This document shows, one piece after another, positions 38,419-46,498 of a stretch of 64,000 bases of DNA. Source of the DNA: an uncultured Thermoleophilia bacterium (GTDB taxonomy: Bacteria > Actinomycetota > Thermoleophilia > UBA2241); contig CAIYOD010000139.1 in NCBI GenBank assembly GCA_903927755.1, positions 185 to 64,184 on the forward strand, written 5' to 3'. The notes beneath the pieces were generated by a model, which ran no database searches, was not told the origin of the DNA, and worked only from the letters and a program-made list of their open reading frames with translations. A program made the translations under genes and the position numbers. Each line of letters opens with the position of its first letter. Within the stretch, counting starts at the first letter, position 1.

Positions 38419-40332
38419 TCAGGCCTCAGCTCCCGAAGCGCCGACCACAGCCTGCTCGACGCCCGACCGTACTTTGACGGCGTCGAACTTGCAGACCTGG
38501 CGGCAGGTGTCGCACTTGATGCAGTTGGCGACGTCGATGACGTGCAGCTGCTTCTTCTCGCCGGTGATGCACGACGTGGGGCACTTCTTGGCACAGAGCG
38601 TGCAGCCGGTGCAGGCGTCGGCGTCGATGTAGTACGTGATGAGCGACTTGCACTTGCCGGCCGGGCAGCGCTTCTCGCGGATGTGGGCCTCGTACTCGTC
38701 GCGGAAGTACTTGATGGTCGTGAGCACCGGGTTCGGGGCGGTGCCGCCGAGCGCGCAGAGGGAGCCCTCGATGATGTAGTGGCCCATCTCCTCGAGCAGC
38801 TCGATGTCGCCCTCGCGACCGTCGCCCTCGATGATGCGGTCGAGGGTCTCGAGCATGCGCTTGGTGCCGAGGCGGCAGGGGACGCACTTGCCGCACGATT
38901 CCTTCTGCGTGAAGTCGAGGAAGAAGCGCGCGAGGTCGACCATGCAGGTCTCTTCGTCGACCACGACCATGCCGCCGGAGCCGACGATGGCGCCGGTCGC
39001 GGCGAGGCTCTCGTAGTCGACCGGCGTGTCGAGCAGGTGTGCCGGGACGCAGCCGCCGGACGGGCCGCCGAGCTGGACGGCCTTGAACTGCTTGCCGCCC
39101 TTGATGCCGCCGCCGACGTCGAAGATCAGGTGGCGGAGACTGGAGCCCATGGGCACCTCGACGAGCCCGCCGTTGACGATCTTGCCGGCGAGGCTGAAGG
39201 CCTTGGTGCCGCGGCTGGTCTCGGCGCCGAGCGTAGCGTAGGCCTCGGCGCCGTTCTTGACGATCCACGGGACGTTGGAGAACGTCTCGACGTTGTTGAT
39301 GTTCGTGGGCTTGCCCCAGAGGCCGCTGACCGCCGGGAACGGCGGCCGCGTGCGCGGCATGCCGCGCTTGCCCTCGATGGAGGCGATGAGCGCCGTCTCC
39401 TCGCCGCAGACGAAGGCGCCGGCGCCGAGCTTGAGATGCAGGTTGAACTCCCAGCCGGTGCCGAAGATGTCGTTACCCAGATAGCCGCGCTCCTCGGCGG
39501 CGGCGACCGCCATGGTGAGGCGCTTGACGGCCGTCGGGTACTCGGCGCGCACGTACACGTAGCCCTCGTGGGCGCCGATGGCGTAGCTGCCGATGATCAT
39601 GCCCTCGATGACGGCGTGCGGGTCGCCCTCGAGGATGGAGCAGTCCATGAACGCGCCGGGGTCGCCCTCGTCGGCGTTGCAGATGAGGTACTTCTCGTCG
39701 CTCTTGGACTGGTTGGCGAATTTCCACTTGACGCCCGTGGGGAACCCGGCGCCGCCGCGGCCGCGGATGCCCGAGTCGGTGATCTCTTCGATGATCCACT
39801 CGGGAGTCTTCTCCGTGAGAGCCATCCGGGCGGCCTCGTACCCGCCGACGGCGACGTAGGCGTCGATGGTCTCGGGGTTGATGACGCCGACGTCGCGCAG
39901 CGCGATGCGCGTCTGCAGCTTGTAGAAGCCGATGTCGCGCCAGTCGCGGATGCGCTCGCCGGTCTGCTCGTCCTTGTAGAGGAAGCGCTCGACCGGCTGA
40001 CCGCCCTTGAGGTGCTCCTCCACCACCTTGGTGACGTCCCTGGGCTTGAGGTGGCCATACAGCGTGTCGTCGCTGAGCACCACGACGGGGCTCATCGAGC
40101 ACAGGCCGTGGCAGCCGATGATGCTGACCTCGACCTTGTCGCCGAGACCGGCCGTCTGGACCTCCTGCACGAACGCATCGTAGACGGCCATGGAGCCGGC
40201 GAACAGGCAGGCGGTGCCGGCGCAGACCTTGACGTTGTAGCCGCCGCCCGGACGCTCGCCGACGCTCACGTTGCGAGCCTCGGTCTCGGGAGCCGGGATG
40301 GTGATCTCGTCAGTCATGGTGCCTCTGCTCAC
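38419..40332 (-). CDS. NuoF-like NADH-binding flavoprotein of the HydB/HndC/StnC type. It has an extra N-terminal thioredoxin-like [2Fe-2S] domain and a C-terminal 2x[4Fe-4S] domain.
   Basis: 637-aa ORF. N-terminal VKVCAGTACLFAG...IIGCHGLCSMSP. FMN/NADH motifs GRGGAGFPTG and ICNADEGDPGAF. N3-type cluster ESCGKCVPCRLG...SLCALG. C-terminal CTGCTLCAKKCP and CIKCDTCRQVC. Confidence 0.9.
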   Translation of the reverse strand: MSRGTMTDEITIPAPETEARNVSVGERPGGGYNVKVCAGTACLFAGSMAVYDAFVQEVQTAGLGDKVEVSIIGCHGLCSMSPVVVLSDDTLYGHLKPRDVTKVVEEHLKGGQPVERFLYKDEQTGERIRDWRDIGFYKLQTRIALRDVGVINPETIDAYVAVGGYEAARMALTEKTPEWIIEEITDSGIRGRGGAGFPTGVKWKFANQSKSDEKYLICNADEGDPGAFMDCSILEGDPHAVIEGMIIGSYAIGAHEGYVYVRAEYPTAVKRLTMAVAAAEERGYLGNDIFGTGWEFNLHLKLGAGAFVCGEETALIASIEGKRGMPRTRPPFPAVSGLWGKPTNINNVETFSNVPWIVKNGAEAYATLGAETSRGTKAFSLAGKIVNGGLVEVPMGSSLRHLIFDVGGGIKGGKQFKAVQLGGPSGGCVPAHLLDTPVDYESLAATGAIVGSGGMVVVDEETCMVDLARFFLDFTQKESCGKCVPCRLGTKRMLETLDRIIEGDGREGDIELLEEMGHYIIEGSLCALGGTAPNPVLTTIKYFRDEYEAHIREKRCPAGKCKSLITYYIDADACTGCTLCAKKCPTSCITGEKKQLHVIDVANCIKCDTCRQVCKFDAVKVRSGVEQAVVGASGAEA

Positions 40333-41090
40333 CCCTTCGCACCGCCGACCTCTTCCATGAGGTCGCGGATGATCTTGCGTGTCTGGTCAGGGGTGAGGCC
40401 GCCGTAGGTCTGGTCGCCGATGCGCATGACGGGAGCCTGCGAGCAGGCGCCCATGCAGGCGACGGACGACAGCGTGAACTTCATGTCCGTGGTCGTCTTG
40501 CCGTCGGCGATCCCGAGTTCTTCCTCCAGAGCCTCGGTGATCTGGACCGCTCCCGCGACGTGGCAGGCGGTGCCGTGGCAGACGTCGATGATGTACTCGC
40601 CGACCGGTGAGAGCCGGAACTGGTTGTAGAAGCTGGAGACGCCGTAGATCTGGCTCAGCGAGACGCCGGTCTGCAGGCTGAGCTCCTGGAGAGCGACGCG
40701 CGGCAGATAGCCATAGACCTCCTGCGCGTTCTGCAGCATGGCGATGAGGCCGGTGCCGTGCTCGTAGTAGTCGTCGAGCACCGGCTGCAGATCCTTGAGC
40801 TCGATGCCCTGCTGCGCCGCGAGGCGCGCCTCGGCGATGCGCGCCGCGTTGGGCACCGGCAGACGGTACTTGCTCGTGTGATTGACGCGGATGACCTGCA
40901 CCGGGCAGTTGCTCTCGCACAGGGTGCAGGAGCGGCAGCGCGGCTCGCCGCTCGCGGGGTCGATGACCACGCGGAAGAGGCCGCGGCTGCGCGCCGGCAG
41001 CGCCTCGCGCTGCTCCGGGTACTGGACGGTGAGCTTCTTCTTGGGCAGATGGCTCATCGTCTGCCGCATGGCCTTGAACATGCCGAGCAT
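40329..41090 (-). CDS. Fusion protein: N-terminal half of NuoI (first [4Fe-4S] motif) joined to a complete NuoE-type [2Fe-2S] domain
   Basis: 253-aa single ORF. LTVQYPEQREALPARSRGLFRVVIDPASGEPRCRSCTLCESNCPVQVIRV matches the NuoI N-terminal half. IAMLQNAQEVYGYLP...DVCHGTACHVAG...SVACMGACSQAPV matches NuoE. The ATG overlaps the nuoH stop by 1 nt, and the stop overlaps the next start (ATGA). Confidence 0.85.
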   Translation of the reverse strand: MLGMFKAMRQTMSHLPKKKLTVQYPEQREALPARSRGLFRVVIDPASGEPRCRSCTLCESNCPVQVIRVNHTSKYRLPVPNAARIAEARLAAQQGIELKDLQPVLDDYYEHGTGLIAMLQNAQEVYGYLPRVALQELSLQTGVSLSQIYGVSSFYNQFRLSPVGEYIIDVCHGTACHVAGAVQITEALEEELGIADGKTTTDMKFTLSSVACMGACSQAPVMRIGDQTYGGLTPDQTRKIIRDLMEEVGGAKG

Positions 41091-42208
41091 CAGGCGCTCA
41101 CCACCGGCTGGCGCTCACGCTGCTTGCGCAGGCGGCGCTTGAGGATCGGGTCGAACAGGCCCACGAAGGCGAAGAAGGAGACCCAGCCGAAGACCAGGAG
41201 GCCCCACTTCCAGCTCGGTACCCACAGGATGATCGCCGCCGTGGCGAGGATGTTGACGAGCCCGAGCGGGATGAGGATCTTCCAGGCGAACGCCATGAGC
41301 TGATCCACCTGCAGGCGCGGGATGCTGAAGCGGATCCAGACCAGCGCCGACACGAGCACGTACGTCTTGGCGAGGAACCAGAAGATACCGATCCACTCGA
41401 TGCCCCAGAACTGGATGGCGCCGGCCCAAGGGCCCATCCAGCCGCCGAAGAACAGCGTCACGGCGACCATGGACATGATCGTGAGGCCCGCGTACTCGTT
41501 GAGGTAGAACATGCCGAAGCGCATGCCCGAGTACTCGGTGGCGTAGCCGGCGACCAGCTCGGACTCGGACTCGGGCAGGTCGAACGGGCCGCGGTTAAGC
41601 TCGGCGATCGAGGCGATGTAGAACATGAGGAAGGTGAACGGCGCGTAGAAGCCGATCCACTCGTAGTTCGCCTGGAAGGCGACGATGACGTCGACGCGCA
41701 GCGACCCGACGATCATCGCCACGATGAGCAGGCTGAGGAGCATCGGGATCTCGTAGCTGATCATCTGGGCGGCGGCGCGCAGCGCGCCGACCAGCGAGTA
41801 CTTGTTGCGCGACGCCCAGCCGCCCATGAGGATCGAGAGCGTCGTGAAGCTGGTGATGGCGACGAGGAAGATGACGCCGACGTTGAGACTCGTCGCCATG
41901 AAGCCGCCGGTGTACGGGATCACGAGCTGGATGGAGACGGCGCCGATCATCACCGTCACCGGCGCGAGCGTGAACAGCACCGGGTCGGCGAGCAGCGGAC
42001 GGAAGTCCTCCTTGCCCATCATCTTGAAGGCGTCGGCGACGCTCTGCAGCACGCCCTGCGGGCCGGTCCGGTTGGGGCCGAGCCGGTCGCCGATGAACGC
42101 CATGAAGCGGCGCTCGTAGAAGATGTTGACCAGCGCCGCGACGAACACCACCGCGTAGGCGATGACGACGAAGAGGACGGCCCTGAGGATGTCGACGAGG
42201 ATGTCCAC
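41090..42208 (-). CDS. nuoH: NADH:quinone oxidoreductase subunit H
   Basis: 372-aa polytopic protein. FYERRFMAFIGDRLGPNRTGPQGVLQSVADAFK matches the NuoH/ND1 N-terminal signature. Confidence 0.9.
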   Translation of the reverse strand: MDILVDILRAVLFVVIAYAVVFVAALVNIFYERRFMAFIGDRLGPNRTGPQGVLQSVADAFKMMGKEDFRPLLADPVLFTLAPVTVMIGAVSIQLVIPYTGGFMATSLNVGVIFLVAITSFTTLSILMGGWASRNKYSLVGALRAAAQMISYEIPMLLSLLIVAMIVGSLRVDVIVAFQANYEWIGFYAPFTFLMFYIASIAELNRGPFDLPESESELVAGYATEYSGMRFGMFYLNEYAGLTIMSMVAVTLFFGGWMGPWAGAIQFWGIEWIGIFWFLAKTYVLVSALVWIRFSIPRLQVDQLMAFAWKILIPLGLVNILATAAIILWVPSWKWGLLVFGWVSFFAFVGLFDPILKRRLRKQRERQPVVSA

Positions 42209-43423
42209 TTAGCGGTCGATGCCTCCGAGCACGAGGTCGATGCTGCCCGAGATGGCCACCGCGTCGGCGATCTTGTTGCCGCTGAGGAGCTTCGGGAACA
42301 GCTGCAGGTTGCAGAAGCAGGGGTCGCGGTACTTGAGCCGGTACGGATACCGCGACCCGTCGCTCTCGATGTACGTGCCGTACTCGCCGCGCGGGTTCTC
42401 CTGGCCGACGTAGGCGGAGCCCGGCGGCGGCGTGATGACGTAGGGAGCGCGCAGCGAGCCCAGCTGGACCGGGCCTTTAGGGAGCATGTCCAGGCACTGT
42501 TCGATGATCTTGAGACTCTCACGCATCTCGTCCATGCGGCAGCGATAGCGGTCGAAGATGTCGCCGTGCTGCGCCGTGATGACCTCGAAGTCGAGCTCCG
42601 GGTACACCGAGTACGGCCGCGTGCGGCGCAGGTCGAGGTCGATGCCGGAGGCCCGCGCGTTGGGGCCGGTGATGCCGTAGTCGACCACGTCCTGCTGGGT
42701 GATGACGCCCTTGGCCTGCGTGCGCTGCAGGAAGACGGCGTTCGTGTCGACCAGCGCCTCGTACTCCTTGATCTTCTTCGGGAACATCTTGAGGAAGTCG
42801 CGGCACTTCTCCACCCAGCCGTCGGGGAGGTCGTAGCGCACGCCGCCGAAGCGATAGTAGTTGAACATCATGCGCGCGCCGGTGAGCTCCTCCATGAGGT
42901 CGAGGATGATCTCGCGGTCGCGGAACATGTAGAAGACCATCGCGGTGCCGAGCGGCGAGAGGTCGGCGGTGAACGTGCCGACCGCCACAAGGTGGCTGGC
43001 GATGCGCATGAGCTCGCCGGTGATGACGCGGATGAACTCCGCCCGCCGCGTGACCTGCATGCCGGCGAGCTTCTCGACGGTCATGACGTAGGCCCACTCG
43101 CAGTTGATGCTGGCGAGGTACTCCGTGCGGTCGACGATCGGGATGTACTGGAAATACGTGCGCTTCTCGGCCAGCTTCTCCTTGCAGCGATGCAGGTAGC
43201 CGATGACCGGGATCACGTCCTTGACGAGCTCGCCGTCGAGGGTCACGACCAGGCGCAGCACGCCGTGCGTGCTCGGATGCTGCGGCCCCATGTTGACGAC
43301 GACCTCGTTGAAGGCCAGGCCGTCGACGTCGGAGCCCTCGCCGCGCGCCGTCGACTCCTCGATGCGGCGCAGGGCGAGCTTCACGGCCTCGTCCGGCTCG
43401 GGAGTCTCGAACTGGTCATACAT
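42209..43423 (-). CDS. nuoD: NADH:quinone oxidoreductase subunit D
   Basis: Start at ATG 43423 (MYDQFETPEP). Contains NMGPQHPSTHGVLRL and the C-terminal SIDLVLGGIDR. The ORF track extends it to 43483. Confidence 0.9.
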   Translation of the reverse strand: MYDQFETPEPDEAVKLALRRIEESTARGEGSDVDGLAFNEVVVNMGPQHPSTHGVLRLVVTLDGELVKDVIPVIGYLHRCKEKLAEKRTYFQYIPIVDRTEYLASINCEWAYVMTVEKLAGMQVTRRAEFIRVITGELMRIASHLVAVGTFTADLSPLGTAMVFYMFRDREIILDLMEELTGARMMFNYYRFGGVRYDLPDGWVEKCRDFLKMFPKKIKEYEALVDTNAVFLQRTQAKGVITQQDVVDYGITGPNARASGIDLDLRRTRPYSVYPELDFEVITAQHGDIFDRYRCRMDEMRESLKIIEQCLDMLPKGPVQLGSLRAPYVITPPPGSAYVGQENPRGEYGTYIESDGSRYPYRLKYRDPCFCNLQLFPKLLSGNKIADAVAISGSIDLVLGGIDR

Positions 43424-43910
43424 GCGGGTGGTTCTCCGCGAGGTCGACGTAGTCTTTGCGCAGCGGGTGGCCGACGAAATCATCCTTGAGCAGAATGCGG
43501 CGCAGGTCGGGGTGGCCGGTGTAGACGATGCCGACCATGTCCCAGGACTCGCGCTCGTGCCAGTCGGCCGCCGGCCAGACGCCGGTCACCGTGTCGACCT
43601 CCGGCTTGGCGCGCGGCAGGTCGACATGCAGCTCGAGATAGGTGTTCGTCTTCCAGGAGTACACGTGGTAGACGCTCTCGAACGAGGTGCCGCGGTCGAC
43701 GCCGGCGATCCAGTTGAGCGTCTCGTAGCCGGCGTCGGCGTCGGCCTTGAGGCGCGCGGCGACGTCCTTGAGCTTCGCCGGCGTGCAGCGGGCGACGACG
43801 GTGTCCGGCTCCTGGATGCGCACGTCGTCCAGCTCGCCGGCGAAGCGCTCCACGAGGAGCGCCGCGATGGCGTCCATGCTCATCGGATTGCTGCCGACCT
43901 GCAGGCCCAT
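43416..43910 (-). CDS. nuoC: NADH:quinone oxidoreductase subunit C
   Basis: The in-frame ATG at 43910 gives MGLQVGSNPMSMDAIAALLVERF.... Contains PAADWHERESWDMVGIVYTGHPDLRRIL (NuoC signature). The upstream part of ORF 43416..44255 overlaps nuoB in another frame. Confidence 0.85.
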   Translation of the reverse strand: MGLQVGSNPMSMDAIAALLVERFAGELDDVRIQEPDTVVARCTPAKLKDVAARLKADADAGYETLNWIAGVDRGTSFESVYHVYSWKTNTYLELHVDLPRAKPEVDTVTGVWPAADWHERESWDMVGIVYTGHPDLRRILLKDDFVGHPLRKDYVDLAENHPHV

Positions 43911-43912
43911 GA

Positions 43913-44482
43913 TCAGGCGTCCGATTCCGAAGCGACGTCGGAGGCCGGCGCGAGCGCCTCGGCGGCGGCCGGCTTGGAGGGCACGAACTGGTACTGCTGG
44001 ATCTTGCCCTGCAGCTCCAGCAGGCCCTGGAACAGCGCCTCGGGGCGCGGCGGGCAGCCGGGGATGTACACATCGACCGGCACGATCTTGTCGACGCCGT
44101 TGACCACGTTGTAGCCGTCGTAGAACGGGCCGCCGCTGGTGGCGCAGGCGCCCATGCTGATGACCCACTTGGGCTCCGACATCTGGTCGTACAGGCGCTT
44201 GAGCACCGGCGCCATCTTCTCGTTGACGGTGCCGGCCACGATCATGAGGTCGCACTGCCGCGGCGTGGGGCGGAACACCTCCATGCCGTAGCGGGCGATG
44301 TCGTAGCGGGCGAACCCCGACGTGAGCATCTCGATGGCGCAGCAGGCCAGGCCGTACGTGAACGGGAAGACCGAGTGCGAGCGCGCCCAGCTGAAGATGA
44401 AGTCGGCGGTGGTGGTGATGACGTTCGGCTCGCTGAAGTGCTCGAGCTTCGGGTACCTGACCGCCTTGACGCGCTCACTCAT
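43913..44482 (-). CDS. nuoB: NADH:quinone oxidoreductase subunit B
   Basis: The start at 44482 ([12 protein letters not shown]) overlaps the nuoA stop (ATGA). N2-cluster cysteine motifs [19 protein letters not shown] and IPGCPP are present. Confidence 0.9.
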   Translation of the reverse strand: MSERVKAVRYPKLEHFSEPNVITTTADFIFSWARSHSVFPFTYGLACCAIEMLTSGFARYDIARYGMEVFRPTPRQCDLMIVAGTVNEKMAPVLKRLYDQMSEPKWVISMGACATSGGPFYDGYNVVNGVDKIVPVDVYIPGCPPRPEALFQGLLELQGKIQQYQFVPSKPAAAEALAPASDVASESDA

Positions 44483-44847
44483 GCCCACTCGAGGGCCCCC
44501 TTGCGCCAGGCGTACAGCAACCCGAAGGCGAGCACGGCGATGAACAGCAGCATCTCGATGAACCCGGCGGTGCCGAGGCCGCGGAAGACGAGCGCCCACG
44601 GGAACAGGAAGGCCGACTCGACGTCGAAGACGAGAAAGAGGAGACCGTAGACGAAGTAGCGGACCGCGAACGGCTGCCACGGATTGCCGACCGGCGGGAT
44701 GCCGCATTCGTAGGGCTGCAGCTTCTCCGGCGTGAGGTGGCTCGGATTGATGAGCTTGGAGAACAGAAGGATGACGACGACCAGCGCGGCTCCGGCGACG
44801 ATGAAGAGCCAGACATACAGCCAGTCTGTGAGGTATGCATTCGTCAT
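44479..44847 (-). CDS. nuoA: NADH:quinone oxidoreductase subunit A
   Basis: The ATG at 44847 gives [25 protein letters not shown].... Contains YECGIPP and [15 protein letters not shown] motifs. Confidence 0.9.
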   Translation of the reverse strand: MTNAYLTDWLYVWLFIVAGAALVVVILLFSKLINPSHLTPEKLQPYECGIPPVGNPWQPFAVRYFVYGLLFLVFDVESAFLFPWALVFRGLGTAGFIEMLLFIAVLAFGLLYAWRKGALEWA

Positions 44848-44898
44848 AAGATGAAGACGTCCGCACTCCCCCCCTGGGAGCCCCCGGACGCCTCGCGT

Positions 44899-44928
44899 AC
44901 TGTACCAAAGCGCCTTCCTCAGAAGCAA
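44899..44928 (-). promoter_or_regulatory. Candidate sigma70-type promoter for the nuo operon
   Basis: The minus strand reads TTGCTT-N18-TACAGT, about 50 nt upstream of the nuoA ATG in the divergent nuoA/tatA spacer. This is a pattern match only. Confidence 0.25.
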
Positions 44929-45004
44929 ACCCCCTTCTACACCGGTGGGGGTATACGGGTCTCTCGCGGATTTGCAGGTATTTCCTCCGCACGAGGAGGC
45001 CGCG

Positions 45005-45033
45005 TTGCACTTCGGCCCCGCGGCTCGTACGAT
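45005..45033 (+). promoter_or_regulatory. Candidate sigma70-type promoter for tatA-tatC
   Basis: TTGCAC-N17-TACGAT, 38 nt upstream of the tatA ATG. GAGGTGA lies just before the start. This is a pattern match only. Confidence 0.3.
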
Positions 45034-45070
45034 GGAGCGGCATCGCTACCACGACCGAGGTGACCCCCAC

Positions 45071-45640
45071 ATGAGCATCGGCCCCGCCGAGATCATCATC
45101 GTCCTCGTGCTCGCCCTGCTGGTCTTCGGACCCAAGCGGCTCCCGCAGATGGGCAAGTCGCTCGGCAAGGGCGTGCGCGAGTTCCGCAAGGCCGCGGACA
45201 CGGCCAAGACCGAGCTCGGTCTGGGCGAGGTCACCGACCAGATCAACGAGGTCAAGTCGACCTTCACCGAGCCTCTCAAGGGCGTCACCAGCACGATCGG
45301 CGACCTCAAGTCGAGCGTCGATCTCAAAGCGAGCATCGAAGCGCCGGCCGGCGCGGTCGCGGCGGCAGGCGCCGCCGGAGCCGCCGCGAGCGCGAGCACC
45401 CCCAGAAGCGGCTCCGCGCCGGCGTCACCGACGCCGGCTGCCGGAGCGTTCGACGAAGGACCGGAGACGCCGGCGGTCACCCCGCAGACGGCATTCGCCG
45501 ACGTTCCACGATCGCCGGCGGCGCCGCAGGAGCCGGTCGCCGAAGCGCCCGTCGATTCACCGGAGGCGCCGGTCGCGCCCAAGGCGCCGGAAGGCCCTGT
45601 GGCCGCCGGCTCGCCGGCGGGTCCCGCGACCGGAGCCTGA
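45071..45640 (+). CDS. tatA: Twin-arginine translocase TatA/E-family protein with a long Ala/Pro-rich C-terminal tail
   Basis: [41 protein letters not shown] is the canonical TatA TM plus amphipathic helix. About 120 further low-complexity residues follow. Confidence 0.9.
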   Translation: MSIGPAEIIIVLVLALLVFGPKRLPQMGKSLGKGVREFRKAADTAKTELGLGEVTDQINEVKSTFTEPLKGVTSTIGDLKSSVDLKASIEAPAGAVAAAGAAGAAASASTPRSGSAPASPTPAAGAFDEGPETPAVTPQTAFADVPRSPAAPQEPVAEAPVDSPEAPVAPKAPEGPVAAGSPAGPATGA

Positions 45641-45644
45641 CCGC

Positions 45645-46451
45645 GTGGCGCTCACCCCCGAAGAACGACTGACGCTGTTCGAGCACCTCGACGAGCTGCG
45701 CAAGCGCCTGTTCGTCTGCCTCCTCGCCGCGACCGTCGGCGTCCTCGTCGCGGCGCTCTTCAACAGCTTCATGTTCGAGGCGCTGCTCTATCCGCTGCGC
45801 CAGGTGGCCAATCTCCCCGAGTCGGCCACCAAGATCACCACGTTCAGCCCGGCCGAGCCGTTCATGGTCAGCCTCAAGGTGTGGGTGGTCGGCGGGCTCA
45901 TCCTGGCCGCGCCGATCATCATCTACGAGCTCTGGGCCTTCCTCGCGCCGGCCTTCAGCGCCAACGAGAAGAAGTACTTCTACCCGATCGTGCTCGCCAC
46001 CACGGCCCTCTTCTTCATGGGCGTGGCGCTCGCCTACTTCCTCGTGCTGCCCAAGGGCCTCGCCTTCCTGCTCACCTTCAGCGCCGGCTTCTTCAACGTC
46101 CAGCTGCGCGCCAGCGACTACTTCACCTTCATGGCGCTCTTCATCCTCGCCTTCGGCGTGGTGTTCGAGCTCCCGGTCGTCCTCGTGCTGCTCGCCAAGC
46201 TGGGCGTCGTCGACGACAAGTGGCTGCGCAAGAACCGGCGCTGGGCGATCGTCGCCCTGGCCCTCGCGGCCGCCATCATCACGCCCAGCCAGGACGCCTT
46301 CAGCATGCTGGCGATGTTCATCCCTCTCTACGTCCTCTACGAGGTCTCGATCGTCCTCGCCCGGTTCGTCCAGCCGAAGAGGGAGGCCGGCGCCGTCGTT
46401 GAAGACTCCCCAGGAGACGACGACGACTCAGCCAGCCCTGCGCCCGCGTGA
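45645..46451 (+). CDS. tatC: Twin-arginine translocase subunit TatC
   Basis: GTG start. LTLFEHLDELRKRLFVCLLA... and six TM helices are typical of TatC. Confidence 0.9.
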   Translation: MALTPEERLTLFEHLDELRKRLFVCLLAATVGVLVAALFNSFMFEALLYPLRQVANLPESATKITTFSPAEPFMVSLKVWVVGGLILAAPIIIYELWAFLAPAFSANEKKYFYPIVLATTALFFMGVALAYFLVLPKGLAFLLTFSAGFFNVQLRASDYFTFMALFILAFGVVFELPVVLVLLAKLGVVDDKWLRKNRRWAIVALALAAAIITPSQDAFSMLAMFIPLYVLYEVSIVLARFVQPKREAGAVVEDSPGDDDDSASPAPA

Positions 46452-46498
46452 ACGCGCGCGGGGCGTGCCGCGTCCCCTCTCGGGTAGAATGAGGAGCC

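Noticed and set aside
38419-40332. Possibility that the NuoE/F/G'-like genes belong to a hydrogenase or formate dehydrogenase rather than to complex I
   Set aside because: No [FeFe]-hydrogenase H-cluster domain and no molybdopterin/formate-dehydrogenase catalytic domain is present in the window. The module is flanked on both sides by nuo genes, overlap-coupled to them, and physically fused to the NuoI halves.
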